A stretch of 64,000 nucleotides of DNA, taken from IMG/VR virus record IMGVR_UViG_3300042731_007021, positions 17,162-81,161 of that record; one strand, written 5' to 3'. Position 1 is the first letter of the stretch, and each line of letters begins with the position of its first letter. Below are positions 9,119 through 18,762 of the stretch, one piece after another. Below the pieces are notes generated by a model that saw only the letters and a program-made list of their open reading frames with translations, was not told where the DNA came from and did no database searches. This DNA is from a virus. Made by a program: the position numbers and the translations under genes.

Positions 9119-9598
9119 ATGTCATTAACTCTTACTCCCATCACACTCAAACAGGCGAAAGAGTTTATACAGAAACTCCATCGGCACAATAAACCACCAA
9201 CCGGTTGGAAGTTTGGAGTCGGGGTAACTGAGGACGGCGTACTCGTCGGAGTGGCCACAGCCGGCCGCCCGATTGCCCGCCATTCAGATGACGGGGTAAC
9301 TTTGGAGATCAACAGAACCTGCACGGACGGCACCCAAAATGCTAACAGCATGTTGTATGGAGCAATCTGGAGAGCGGCTAAAGCTTTAGGTTACCGGCGC
9401 TGTATAACCTATACCCAAGCTGATGAAACCGGGGCCAGTTTAAGGGCTGCGGGGTGGGTAAAAGTAAAGAGATTAGCCCCCAGGAAGTCATGGGCGGAGT
9501 CCAGTGGGAAATTAAAAGACAAGAGAGACCCAGTTGGCAATGGAGGGGTGGAGAGAATTTTGTGGGAAATTAAAATTCAACAATCCACAAAAATTTAA
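9119..9598 (+). CDS. XF1762-like GNAT-fold protein (possibly Mom-related DNA modification)
   Basis: HRHNKPP, VGVATAGRPIAR, TLEINRTCTDG, SMLYGAIWRAAKALGY and GASLRAAGW motifs; start revised to ATG 9119. Confidence 0.7.
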   Translation: MSLTLTPITLKQAKEFIQKLHRHNKPPTGWKFGVGVTEDGVLVGVATAGRPIARHSDDGVTLEINRTCTDGTQNANSMLYGAIWRAAKALGYRRCITYTQADETGASLRAAGWVKVKRLAPRKSWAESSGKLKDKRDPVGNGGVERILWEIKIQQSTKI

Positions 9599-9602
9599 CT
9601 TA

Positions 9603-9631
9603 TTGACAACACCACCAAATATCCTTATACT
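9603..9631 (+). promoter_or_regulatory. sigma70 promoter TTGACA-17-TATACT
   Basis: Consensus match. Confidence 0.75.
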
Positions 9632-9658
9632 TCCCAAACTCAATTAAACGAGAAACTT

Positions 9659-9877
9659 ATGAACAATTTGGCAAAAACTTTAAAACAGACCAACCGCACC
9701 GTGCGCGACCAATCATCACTTGACAGTTTAAATGGGTACGCACAGGCGACTTTTGACAACCTCGCCACTGAGGTCAGTCCGGAGTTTGACCTGCGCGTCG
9801 AGAAGATCAGGCGGTTTATCGACTTCCAGGTACAGGAGTTGAAAAAGCAACTTCAAGTAAAGTTGAGTGAGTTGTAA
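9659..9877 (+). CDS. Hypothetical protein
   Basis: 72-aa ORF directly after promoter. Confidence 0.65.
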   Translation: MNNLAKTLKQTNRTVRDQSSLDSLNGYAQATFDNLATEVSPEFDLRVEKIRRFIDFQVQELKKQLQVKLSEL

Positions 9878-9917
9878 TGCCTGACCTTGAATTACCAAAT
9901 AACCCGGAGATTATCCT

Positions 9918-10262
9918 ATGATCGAATATTTACTCACCCACCCCGTCCAGTTCTTTTTCATCTTATTGGCGCAGTACTGCCTGATAGCGCCATTCCAGCA
10001 GCAATTAAAAAGGTCTTCAATCGGTAAGCCGATATTTATCTGGTTTATCTGGCAGGATTGGTTGATCAACGTGACATGGTTTACCGTGTGGTGCCTTGAC
10101 CCCCCGCAGCGTTGGAACGAAGTCGTTACGAAGCGTATGCGGACATATAAGACAGAGTATGTTTTGCCGTCATGGCGCACAAAACGTATAGAGCAGTGGC
10201 GCTATTTTATAGCGGTCAATTTATGCAGGGTGCTGAGCGTATTCGATAAAGGACATTGTTGA
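9918..10262 (+). CDS. Hypothetical membrane protein
   Basis: Hydrophobic segments; ends ...LSVFDKGHC; GGAG RBS. Confidence 0.65.
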   Translation: MIEYLLTHPVQFFFILLAQYCLIAPFQQQLKRSSIGKPIFIWFIWQDWLINVTWFTVWCLDPPQRWNEVVTKRMRTYKTEYVLPSWRTKRIEQWRYFIAVNLCRVLSVFDKGHC

Positions 10263-10292
10263 AGCAGTTTTAAATTATAGAGGAAAATTTAA

Positions 10293-10865
10293 ATGAGATT
10301 GACAAACGCTATTCGTGATGAGGTTTTAAGTAACGTCATCAAAGAAAAGATTGACCCAAAGGTCGAAGCAATAAAAGACAGGGTAACACAAATCGCTATC
10401 AGGACGGTTAACAGCCAATACCCTGAATCAGTTAAAGAATGGATCGCCAAAGCCCCTGAGGGAGGGCTGTCGACGCGATCTGCTATAACCTTGATAACTG
10501 CCGATGAAATTAAATTTAAGCATCAACTGCTGCTGGGTGACTACCCAATCCAGCGTTTTACTAATACATATAGAATTTCAGTTCCGTCTCACAAAGTCCT
10601 GGCGCAAGATCAATATACAACACAACTGCAGGCGTCTAAAAGAGATTCAGCTAAGTTGAACAAAATGCTAAAGGATCTGGACGCGTTACAAAAAACCAGT
10701 GACGCTATAAAAACCACCGTATGTGCGGCATTGAGAGCGGTAACTACAGTGAAACAACTTAGCGACAACTATCCTGACCTGGTAAGGTATATGCCAAAGC
10801 CTGAGCCGGCAGCAAAACCCATCACTATCACTAACGACAGGGTAGCCGAAATACTTAAGTTATAA
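10293..10865 (+). CDS. Nmad5-like (nucleotide-modification-associated domain 5) protein
   Basis: MRLTNAIRDEV N-terminus and VTTVKQLSDNYPDL C-terminal motif recalled for this family. Confidence 0.6.
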   Translation: MRLTNAIRDEVLSNVIKEKIDPKVEAIKDRVTQIAIRTVNSQYPESVKEWIAKAPEGGLSTRSAITLITADEIKFKHQLLLGDYPIQRFTNTYRISVPSHKVLAQDQYTTQLQASKRDSAKLNKMLKDLDALQKTSDAIKTTVCAALRAVTTVKQLSDNYPDLVRYMPKPEPAAKPITITNDRVAEILKL

Positions 10866-10912
10866 TAATTTTAGTAATCAATTTAATGTGCCATACAGGC
10901 ATCGGAGATATC

Positions 10913-11374
10913 ATGATTAAATTAGGAAGTTTTGTAAAAGACCGGGTGACCGGATTGACTGGGGTAGCTGAAAACCGGGCTACATTTCTGTACGGGTGCG
11001 ACCGGTATTTTGTGCAGCCACAAATTGATGCTGACGGCAAAGTTCCTGAAGGAAGGATGGTGGATGCCCCGCAACTCGAAGTTCTTGACAAGGCACCTGC
11101 GATGGAGCCGATGCCGGAACCTGTGCAAACAATACCGCTGGGAAAGATGGTTAACGATCCTGTGCGCGGGCAGAAAGGCACAGCCACTGGTAGGGCGGTT
11201 TACTTGAACGGTTGTTCACGAATTTATGTAGAGCCGAAGCAAGGCATGTTAAAGATCGACGAAACCAAGGCATGGTGGACGGATGAACCACAATTGGAGC
11301 TTATTGACAAAGTGGTATCGAAGCCTGGAAATGAAAAAACAGGCGGGCCAGCAAGGAGTTGTTCTAAGTATTGA
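10913..11374 (+). CDS. Hypothetical protein with two tandem copies of a small domain
   Basis: LGSFVKDRVTGLTGVAENRATFLYGCDRYFVQP versus LGKMVNDPVRGQKGTATGRAVYLNGCSRIYVEP. Confidence 0.75.
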   Translation: MIKLGSFVKDRVTGLTGVAENRATFLYGCDRYFVQPQIDADGKVPEGRMVDAPQLEVLDKAPAMEPMPEPVQTIPLGKMVNDPVRGQKGTATGRAVYLNGCSRIYVEPKQGMLKIDETKAWWTDEPQLELIDKVVSKPGNEKTGGPARSCSKY

Positions 11375-11383
11375 GTATAACGG

Positions 11384-11538
11384 TTAACGTCATACAACCA
11401 ATTCCGAGTCATAGTTTCTAGCCGTTTCTATGACTATGTGAGCCGCCCACCAGATGCGGTGAATCCGGTTGAATCGGAATGGGGTTAGCGCCCTTGCCTT
11501 CATCAGAGCAACCGGCGTCATACCGCCTCAGACGTTAA
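11384..11538 (+). ncRNA. Candidate structured RNA (unclassified)
   Basis: Nested complementary segments in a ~200-bp intergenic gap (see findings); family not recognised. Confidence 0.35.
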
Positions 11539-11571
11539 AAGGGGCTTTAAGTTTAACTTTGCAGGAGAGTC

Positions 11572-11895
11572 ATGAAGTATTCAAACCTTATTGAGGCCTC
11601 TAAAAATATCAGGCAGGCTATTATTTATCTTAGCGCAGCTGCAGACAACAGCAACGATCAGGACGTCAATAAGCTGATAGACCAACTGGAGAGAGACGAC
11701 GACCACATTGCCGATTTGCTGGCACGGAAGCCACCGGTTATCGACATGTGGCCGAATGTGCCGTCTGAGAGGGTTGAGGATTCAATCGAAGAAGAGGCGG
11801 CTGACCTCAGGCTTGGCATCGTCATCATCATTGCAGCTTTTTTAATTTTTGCAGGCCTGGTGACTGGGCTCATAAAACTTGTCTTTTTAGGATAA
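11572..11895 (+). CDS. Hypothetical protein with C-terminal TM helix
   Basis: AGGAG RBS; hydrophobic C-terminus. Confidence 0.65.
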   Translation: MKYSNLIEASKNIRQAIIYLSAAADNSNDQDVNKLIDQLERDDDHIADLLARKPPVIDMWPNVPSERVEDSIEEEAADLRLGIVIIIAAFLIFAGLVTGLIKLVFLG

Positions 11896-11898
11896 ACA

Positions 11899-12141
11899 AT
11901 GACTGATAAGAAAACACCTGATACAACCACCTCCCCTGGCCTGACATCGATAGTCAATAGACTAAACGTAGAAGACAAGGACTTAGTTGCTTCCACTGAA
12001 ACCATGAAGCGACAACTCCCTATCATGAATGAAGCGTATATAACGATAGCGAAAATGAAGAAAAACTATTACGACGCTTTGATAGCAGAGGGGTTTAGCA
12101 GGGAAGAGGCATTGGAATTGTGTAAGCAAATGGAGTTATGA
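11899..12141 (+). CDS. Hypothetical phage protein
   Basis: YYDALIAEGFSREEALELC motif common in small phage proteins. Confidence 0.7.
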   Translation: MTDKKTPDTTTSPGLTSIVNRLNVEDKDLVASTETMKRQLPIMNEAYITIAKMKKNYYDALIAEGFSREEALELCKQMEL

Positions 12142-12213
12142 AATAACCGGTAAGCCGAATCATTATGTTTGCAAAAACTGTTACGAATCTTTCCCTTTGG
12201 ACGATACTGAAAA

Positions 12214-13278
12214 ATGAACCCAAAACAAATCTACGAAAACTTACTTAAAAACCAGCAAATCATGAAACCTGTCAACCCAGATGATAAAAAGTTATTTGGC
12301 TCTGACACGGATATCAACCAGCTTGCCCCGTTTAAATACCCGGCAGCTTACGAATTTTTCAAAAATGGGGTCAGTAACAACTGGACCCCTGAGGAAGTTC
12401 CAATGGGTCCTGATCTATACGATTACAGACACAAGCTGAACGACGCCGAAAAGCATGTATACGAAAATGTGCTGTCCTATCTCACTACTTCGGATATTAT
12501 GGTTGGGCGCAACATCGCTACGGCCCTTTTTGATAAATTACCGGTACCTGAGATTCAGCTTTACCTTGGCAGACAGGTTTTCGAAGAAGGGCTACACAGC
12601 CACTCTTATCAATTTTGCATTGAAGGCTTAGGGCTGGATCAGGGGGAAATATATAATCGCTATCGGACGGTTCCGGAGATTTATCAAAAGCTGATACTGG
12701 CCCAACAATATACAGACTCGTTGACAGCTGATGATTTCGACATGCAGGATCCAGAATATCAGAGGAGGTTCGTCAAGGCTTTGGTATTCTACGGTATCGG
12801 ATTCGAAGGTGTCTGGTTTTATAACGGGTTCACCCCAGTGTTTTCCCTACAACGGCGCGGGCTTATGAAGGCGACCGGGGAGCAGTTTCAATACATCCTG
12901 CGGGATGAAGCAAACCACGCCACTTTTTATCAGTGGCTGATTCAGATGATCCGGAAGGAGTACCCGCATATCTGGATTCCAGGATTCGATGAGGAGTTGC
13001 GCGTCGTCCTTCGTCAAGTCGTAGAGGCTGAAAAGCTGTATATAGGATACATACTGAAGAGTCCGATATTGGCGTATTCCCCTCGGCAGCATATCGACCA
13101 GGCAAAGTTTATGGTTAACTTACGGGCTCAGCGGATTGGGCTCGGCATCGTATACCCTGAAATTACCAGACCGGCGACACCGTGGCTTGATGAGCAAGCG
13201 TTTATCAAAAAGGAGAAGAACTTTTTTGAATCAAGGGTGAATGAATACCAGAACGCTGGAAGGTTAAATTGGGATTGA
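12214..13278 (+). CDS. nrdB: Ribonucleotide reductase class I beta (R2) subunit
   Basis: NWTPEEV; di-metal ligands in D(SDIM), EEGLHSHSY (includes radical Tyr), FEGVWFYNGF, RDEANH; C-terminal KNFFESRVNEY. Confidence 0.93.
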   Translation: MNPKQIYENLLKNQQIMKPVNPDDKKLFGSDTDINQLAPFKYPAAYEFFKNGVSNNWTPEEVPMGPDLYDYRHKLNDAEKHVYENVLSYLTTSDIMVGRNIATALFDKLPVPEIQLYLGRQVFEEGLHSHSYQFCIEGLGLDQGEIYNRYRTVPEIYQKLILAQQYTDSLTADDFDMQDPEYQRRFVKALVFYGIGFEGVWFYNGFTPVFSLQRRGLMKATGEQFQYILRDEANHATFYQWLIQMIRKEYPHIWIPGFDEELRVVLRQVVEAEKLYIGYILKSPILAYSPRQHIDQAKFMVNLRAQRIGLGIVYPEITRPATPWLDEQAFIKKEKNFFESRVNEYQNAGRLNWD

Positions 13279-13302
13279 CAATATCTAACTGAGGATACAA
13301 CT

Positions 13303-13647
13303 TTGCGGACAATCATAGCCGGGAGTATGGACTGCACCAATTACGATGATTTGCTAAGGGCGATCGAAGTTATTGGATGGAAACCTTCAGTAGTTTTAAG
13401 CGGGGCAGCCAGGGGGGTGGACAGGATGGGAGAACGGTGGGCAAGAGAAAATGGCCCCCCTGTAGATAAATACCCGGCAGATTGGAACAAGTATGGCAGA
13501 TCGGCTGGGTACAAACGTAATAATGAGATGGCAAAAAATGCTGACGCTTTACTGGCGCTTTGGGACTTTAAAAGCAAGGGCACCAGGCACATGATTAACC
13601 TGGCTAAAAAAGCTGGGCTGACCATATACGTATATAAAGTAAGTTAG
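13303..13647 (+). CDS. SLOG/YspA-like (DUF2493-type) nucleotide-binding protein
   Basis: IIAGS, SGAARGVD, ADWNKYGRSAGYKRNNEMA and SKGTRHMI motifs. Confidence 0.8.
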   Translation: MRTIIAGSMDCTNYDDLLRAIEVIGWKPSVVLSGAARGVDRMGERWARENGPPVDKYPADWNKYGRSAGYKRNNEMAKNADALLALWDFKSKGTRHMINLAKKAGLTIYVYKVS

Positions 13648-13661
13648 CAATATATAACTTA

Positions 13662-13690
13662 TTGACATTGCTTTAAGTTTTTAGTATATT
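13662..13690 (+). promoter_or_regulatory. sigma70 promoter TTGACA-17-TATATT
   Basis: Consensus match. Confidence 0.7.
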
Positions 13691-13759
13691 TCGCCATTAC
13701 TGGCTGCTGGCCAGAATTTAAAAAACAACCTACTTTACCAACCTGCCTATGGAGGCACT

Positions 13760-14065
13760 ATGACAACTGCAAACGATATACAACTCTGCGCCAGACAAAA
13801 GAAAGAGTTGTCCGACAAACTTTACCAGAAAATGGCGGCGGCCATTGATGGTATCAGCATCTCAACCTTGCGTAACGCTATGACGACGGAAGCCGTAAAG
13901 GCAGTTAAGAAAGTCGGCCCCCAACTGTCTGTCAGTATCGACACCGAAGGCTTGAACACCGCACTGGCAAAAGTGCTTGCAAAGGCGTCCCCGGCAGCAG
14001 TTAAAGTCGGCCCCAAAGCCAAAACGGTTGCAAAAAAGAAAACCGCAGCCAAGAAGGCTGCTTAG
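13760..14065 (+). CDS. Small basic protein with Lys/Ala-rich histone-H1-like tail
   Basis: C-terminus AKTVAKKKTAAKKAA; GGAGG RBS. Confidence 0.7.
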   Translation: MTTANDIQLCARQKKELSDKLYQKMAAAIDGISISTLRNAMTTEAVKAVKKVGPQLSVSIDTEGLNTALAKVLAKASPAAVKVGPKAKTVAKKKTAAKKAA

Positions 14066-14133
14066 CCGAAGAGGTAAGTTACCTATGAGAGCGTGGGTAA
14101 CTCCTCGCTCTCATTCAATATCAGGGGAATTAG

Positions 14134-14736
14134 GTGGAAGACAAAAACTATTATGAAACCCTCGGGGTAAATAAAGACGCTTCTCAATCAGACATTAAAA
14201 AAGCGTGGAGGAAAAAAGCATCAGCGGCTCACCCTGACAAAGGTGCAGATGGCTCTGAGTTCAAAGCTTTGGCTATTGCCTATAAAATTTTGTCCGACCC
14301 AGATAAGCGGGAACGCTACGATAAAGGCAAGGCCACTGATCGACCGACCGAGATTCAAGAGTTGATGCAACTGTTTTCCGTCGTGCTGCATAAAAACGTT
14401 GATAACATAGAAACCGTCGACCTTGTAGACACTGTTAGGCAACAAATAAAGTCGGCTATCTCAGAACACACAAAAAATATGGCCAAACAAGAGCGGGAAG
14501 TGGCTAAATTGAGAAAGGCTGTTGGCCGCACCAAATCGAAAGATAATTTGCTGGAATCAGTCATTGAAGCAGAGATACGCTGGGGAGAACAAACTATCTC
14601 TGCAATTAAAGAAAAACTGGACGGTGCAAATAAAATGTTGGTAATTATGGAAGATTGGAGTTATAGAGTGGATGAGATAAACCAACTTTTTTCTTTTAGC
14701 CAAATCGGATCCACGTCTACGTCAACCTTTTATTGA
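14134..14736 (+). CDS. DnaJ (J-domain) protein
   Basis: YYETLGV...IKKAWRKKASAAHPDK...AYKILSDPDKRERYD; HPD motif intact. Confidence 0.88.
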   Translation: MEDKNYYETLGVNKDASQSDIKKAWRKKASAAHPDKGADGSEFKALAIAYKILSDPDKRERYDKGKATDRPTEIQELMQLFSVVLHKNVDNIETVDLVDTVRQQIKSAISEHTKNMAKQEREVAKLRKAVGRTKSKDNLLESVIEAEIRWGEQTISAIKEKLDGANKMLVIMEDWSYRVDEINQLFSFSQIGSTSTSTFY

Positions 14737-14763
14737 TCCCCTGGGTAAGTCATCTTACCCGTT

Positions 14764-14794
14764 TGCCGGAAAGTGACCCTTTCCGGCACTTTTT
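14764..14794 (+). terminator. Rho-independent terminator
   Basis: tgccggaaag-tgacc-ctttccggca followed by cttttt. Confidence 0.75.
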
Positions 14795-14821
14795 GACACA
14801 ACTGCTACCACCCCTTATACT
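14793..14821 (+). promoter_or_regulatory. sigma70 promoter TTGACA-17-TATACT for the packaging/structural operon
   Basis: Consensus match. Confidence 0.7.
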
Positions 14822-14851
14822 TCCCTTTTTGATTAATCATACAGCAAACTT

Positions 14852-15268
14852 ATGTCCAGACAGTTCGAGGACGATTTAAACGACGTGCCAGACGATCCTT
14901 ATAGCGGCCCTCCAGAAGAAGATTATTCTGACGAACTGGCTTACGATCCGGAAGGCATGGACATAGATATCCGCAAAGAAATTATGGCCACTATGTCGGT
15001 CTTAAGGAATCAGCGTAAACACTTATTCAATGCCCAGGGCCTGCCGAAGAAAGGGGTAGATTTCCGCGATATAAAAAGTTATATGGCGTCTACAACCCAG
15101 GTGTTGACCATGTTGCAAAAATTTGAAGAGGCGTTGAAGACCGATGCGGATTTGAGGAAAATAGAAACCGCCATTTCTATGGCCCTGGAAGATTCCCCAT
15201 GTCCCGAGTTTGCAGAACATCTGAAGAGGTATTTGAGCGATGAGCCGGCCGAAGCTTTACAAGATTAG
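14852..15268 (+). CDS. Putative terminase small subunit
   Basis: Position upstream of large terminase and helical composition only. Confidence 0.45.
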   Translation: MSRQFEDDLNDVPDDPYSGPPEEDYSDELAYDPEGMDIDIRKEIMATMSVLRNQRKHLFNAQGLPKKGVDFRDIKSYMASTTQVLTMLQKFEEALKTDADLRKIETAISMALEDSPCPEFAEHLKRYLSDEPAEALQD

Positions 15269-15494
15269 CGGTAAGGAGTACTCACTGTCAGATTTGGCGG
15301 TCATCAATGGTGTCAGTCGACAGGCGATGTCAGCCCGCGTGTTAAAGATAACTAAAACGGTAAAGGACAATCTTGCTAAAGAAGGGCTATCAGAAGACAG
15401 CGAAGAGGGAAAGCTGCGTTTGCTCAGAGCGATTAAAGGCATGCTTCTCAGCAAGTCTATGCAGGGGAAGCGCACTGACCTTACCTATCGATGA
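15240..15494 (+). CDS. Small HTH-like DNA-binding protein
   Basis: SLSDLAVINGVSRQAMSARV helix-turn-helix pattern. Confidence 0.55.
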   Translation: MSRPKLYKISGKEYSLSDLAVINGVSRQAMSARVLKITKTVKDNLAKEGLSEDSEEGKLRLLRAIKGMLLSKSMQGKRTDLTYR

Positions 15495-17224
15495 AAGGGT
15501 CCAGGTTACAGGGGTTTCTTGATCGGGTGACCACCATGGCTGACCGAGCGTCAGCCATGCGGCAGTTATCAGGGTGGATGACTCGTAACTTGAAACTTAA
15601 TGGCCGCCCATACTCCTTCAAGAACCATGAGATGCAGAAGGCTATTGCATCTGACCTGCACCCCCGCAAATACGTTAAAAAATGTTCGCAGGTGGGGATA
15701 ACAGAACTGGCGTTCAGGATAACAGCATCTATAGCGGCAGTGGCCAGGGCCAGAATAATTTATATATTTCCTTCGGCTAAATTTTCCCTGAAGATGTCCA
15801 ATGATCGGTTTTGGCCGATCATTAATGAGTCGCCAATTTTGTACGGGATGCAGCATTCAGACTCAAAATCAGCTGAGATGCGTAAGTTGGGGAACTCAAC
15901 CGTGTATTTCAGTGGGGCGTCTGGTACCACCCAGGCTATCTCTATACCGGCTACCCACTTAATTACTGACGAAAAAGATTTCTGTGATCCCACGATATTG
16001 GGGCAATATAATTCTCGTCTCAGGCATCAGGAAGAGGATCCTGTTACCGGGCACAAAGGAAGTAGGTTGGACTTCTCCACCCCCACTTTGCCGAATTATG
16101 GCATTTCCAGGGACTATGAAGAATCTGACCAGAAGCGGTATACCGTCAAATGTTCAAAGTGTAATACCACCCAGGCCCCTGATTACTACAATGACTTCAT
16201 TGTTCCTGGGTATGACCATGAGATTGCCTTATTTGGAGTCGAACACCTTTCAAATCCAAAATACCGGATAGCGGATGCCTATGTAAAATGCCGCAAATGC
16301 GGGCATGACCTTTGGCAGGATTTACTAAACCCTGCCCAGCGTGAGTGGGTAGCCAGATACCCAGATAGGCTCATGATGTCTGGGTACGCCATTTCTCCTA
16401 TCGACGTGCCTCGGTATAACTCAGTATCGTCTATATTCAGGCAATTGGCGGAATACACGGTACAAGATCACCGCAATTTCGTCCTCGGGTTGGAGTACGA
16501 GGACAAGAATAACTCATTTTTAATGTCGATATTCGACAATTATTCAGATGCAAAGTGGGTAGAATTGGCGGAGGCTAAAACGCTTACCTTGTCAGGAATC
16601 CGGATAGGAGTGGACATTGGTAAGACCTCGCATCTGGTGGTTTTTAAGCGGGTTAGCTCAAAAACCATCCACTTAATCCATGCCGCCAGACTTCATAAAG
16701 ACGAAGGATTCATTTACACTCAAATTCAAGAATATATAGACGCATTCAATCCGGAAATAACAGTTATCGACGCTCAGCCTGATTTTTCCACGGCACAAGC
16801 AATTGTAAATGACAACTCCATTGGAAAGGCGTTTGGGTGCGAATACCATCGCGGGGTTAAAGGGGCCTATACTTACCTCGACCCTAATCCTGACACTGGA
16901 GTGGTAAAGGCTGATCGATCGGGGACCCTGTCTGAATTGATGAAACTGCATAACTCCGGGGGCATCCACTATCCTGTTGGCATCCACGAGGTAAACGAAG
17001 AAGTCAGGCCTCATTTAAAGGCCATAAAGAAAGTCATGAAGCCTACAGAATTCGGCGACGCCGTGTCATTTCCTAAGACCGGGGAACCTGATCACTACGG
17101 GCATGCCATGAACTATGCTTATATGGCAGACGTAATGGCATCTGATGACGGGCTGTTTCCGACTTTGATCCGGATGTCTCCTTCCGTGTCAGTAGTAAGG
17201 ATAGGGCAAAACGTAAACAGTTGA
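15491..17224 (+). CDS. terL: Terminase large subunit (lambda GpA-like)
   Basis: KKCSQVGITE Walker A variant, ITDEKD Walker B, FSTPT, CxxC pairs, GVDIG RNase-H motif, DHYGHA. Confidence 0.9.
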   Translation: MKGSRLQGFLDRVTTMADRASAMRQLSGWMTRNLKLNGRPYSFKNHEMQKAIASDLHPRKYVKKCSQVGITELAFRITASIAAVARARIIYIFPSAKFSLKMSNDRFWPIINESPILYGMQHSDSKSAEMRKLGNSTVYFSGASGTTQAISIPATHLITDEKDFCDPTILGQYNSRLRHQEEDPVTGHKGSRLDFSTPTLPNYGISRDYEESDQKRYTVKCSKCNTTQAPDYYNDFIVPGYDHEIALFGVEHLSNPKYRIADAYVKCRKCGHDLWQDLLNPAQREWVARYPDRLMMSGYAISPIDVPRYNSVSSIFRQLAEYTVQDHRNFVLGLEYEDKNNSFLMSIFDNYSDAKWVELAEAKTLTLSGIRIGVDIGKTSHLVVFKRVSSKTIHLIHAARLHKDEGFIYTQIQEYIDAFNPEITVIDAQPDFSTAQAIVNDNSIGKAFGCEYHRGVKGAYTYLDPNPDTGVVKADRSGTLSELMKLHNSGGIHYPVGIHEVNEEVRPHLKAIKKVMKPTEFGDAVSFPKTGEPDHYGHAMNYAYMADVMASDDGLFPTLIRMSPSVSVVRIGQNVNS

Positions 17225-17286
17225 CTTAACACAGCAGTTGAACAACAATCTTATAAATTTTCAGGAATTTATCCGACACCGACTCC

Positions 17287-18726
17287 GTGGCTTCCTCACC
17301 AGAACAATCCAAAACCATATCTCTGCCGCGTAACGTCACGTCAGTGGTGAAGTCAAGAACCGCTGAGTCCAAAGTTGAGCGTGGGCAAACTATCCTCAAT
17401 GAAGACCGGACTTGGCGTGTAAGAGACCCGAGGACTTTGCGGACCCAGGGCAGGGTTATTGAGGCCTTACGGATCCTTGCCAAAGAAAACGGCAATCTCT
17501 CAACCGCTCTCTTTGATATGGTTCAGATCGCCAATTCCGGATGGAAAGTGGCCGCGTTTAAACCTGGCACTACCGAATTTTCAGAAGAGGGTACCATACT
17601 GGCTAACAACATCATGGCAAGTATGGACACTTTATATGACTACACCAAAGGGTTTGGAAAGAAGCGCCCAATAGCTCAGATTGTGGAAACATTGCTCAGG
17701 GAGACAGCCATTACCGGAGGCGCTTCTATGGAATTGGCACTTGATGTTGGCCGGTATCCTGACCGGTTCCAGGTGGTAGACTATTCCACGCTGGATTGGG
17801 TATCGGACGGTAAAGGCGGAAAATATCCACAACAAGTTGGCTTTGGTGACCCCATCCCTCTTAATATTCCAACCTTCTATGCTGAATCCCTGCACCAGGA
17901 AGCGAATACGGCATATGCAACCTCTCTGTTCCGGGCATCTTTGGAAGGAGTATTTTCTTCCATGGACTTTATAGCGGACATGAAGCGGGTGCTATTCAAG
18001 GCCGGGCACTCCCGCCTAGTGGTCACCTTGGATGCAGAATCTATCGCGGCTTCAGCCCCTGAGGACATCCGAAAGGACGATAAAAAGCTGAAGGAATATT
18101 TGACTTCTGTAAAGACGGAAGTTGAAGACGCACTAAAAGACATCTCCCCTGAGGACGCTGTCGTTTCATTTGATTCAGTGAAGTTTGACACTCATGATAT
18201 TGGTGGAACCAAGTCAGATTACACCCCATTGCTTACCTCTTACTCCAATATCGAGGCTACCGGGCTCAAAACACCGCCCTCTATTCTTGGCATGCGAGCA
18301 GAAGGTTCCCAGAGTCTGTCCAATTCTGAAACCTTAATATTTTTGAAGACGGCGGCATCCTTGCAAGGGCCTGTGGCCGCAGTTATGAGCCGAGCCTTGA
18401 CTACTGCATGTCGGCTGTATGGCAGCGATGTTTACGTTAAATTAAAGTTCAAAGAAATAGACTTGCGGCCCCCTGCTGAATTGGAAGCATTTTATACGAT
18501 GAGGGAACAGCGGATCATGCAGCGTCTGAGTTATGGTATTATTACCGATGCTGAGATGCGCTATGAACTGGATATACCTTATCGCCCCGGTGCGCCAAAA
18601 CTTTCAGGCACCCGGTTTTATGATCAGCCTGTTAAACAGGACACCTCAACGACAACCGGTGGGCAGGAAAATACGCTTCAGCCTGATTCAAGTACTCCGC
18701 GTAAGGGCGGCGGCAAGAGTCAATGA
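17287..18726 (+). CDS. Portal protein
   Basis: 479 aa, located between terminase and head protease. Confidence 0.8.
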   Translation: MASSPEQSKTISLPRNVTSVVKSRTAESKVERGQTILNEDRTWRVRDPRTLRTQGRVIEALRILAKENGNLSTALFDMVQIANSGWKVAAFKPGTTEFSEEGTILANNIMASMDTLYDYTKGFGKKRPIAQIVETLLRETAITGGASMELALDVGRYPDRFQVVDYSTLDWVSDGKGGKYPQQVGFGDPIPLNIPTFYAESLHQEANTAYATSLFRASLEGVFSSMDFIADMKRVLFKAGHSRLVVTLDAESIAASAPEDIRKDDKKLKEYLTSVKTEVEDALKDISPEDAVVSFDSVKFDTHDIGGTKSDYTPLLTSYSNIEATGLKTPPSILGMRAEGSQSLSNSETLIFLKTAASLQGPVAAVMSRALTTACRLYGSDVYVKLKFKEIDLRPPAELEAFYTMREQRIMQRLSYGIITDAEMRYELDIPYRPGAPKLSGTRFYDQPVKQDTSTTTGGQENTLQPDSSTPRKGGGKSQ

Positions 18727-18762
18727 GTTTGCACCGGTTTAATTTTATGGTAATTTCCGCGC

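Noticed and set aside
11375-11540. Isolated attC (GTATAAC...GTTAAAA)
   Set aside because: No paired L boxes at the expected spacing; kept only as a structured-RNA candidate
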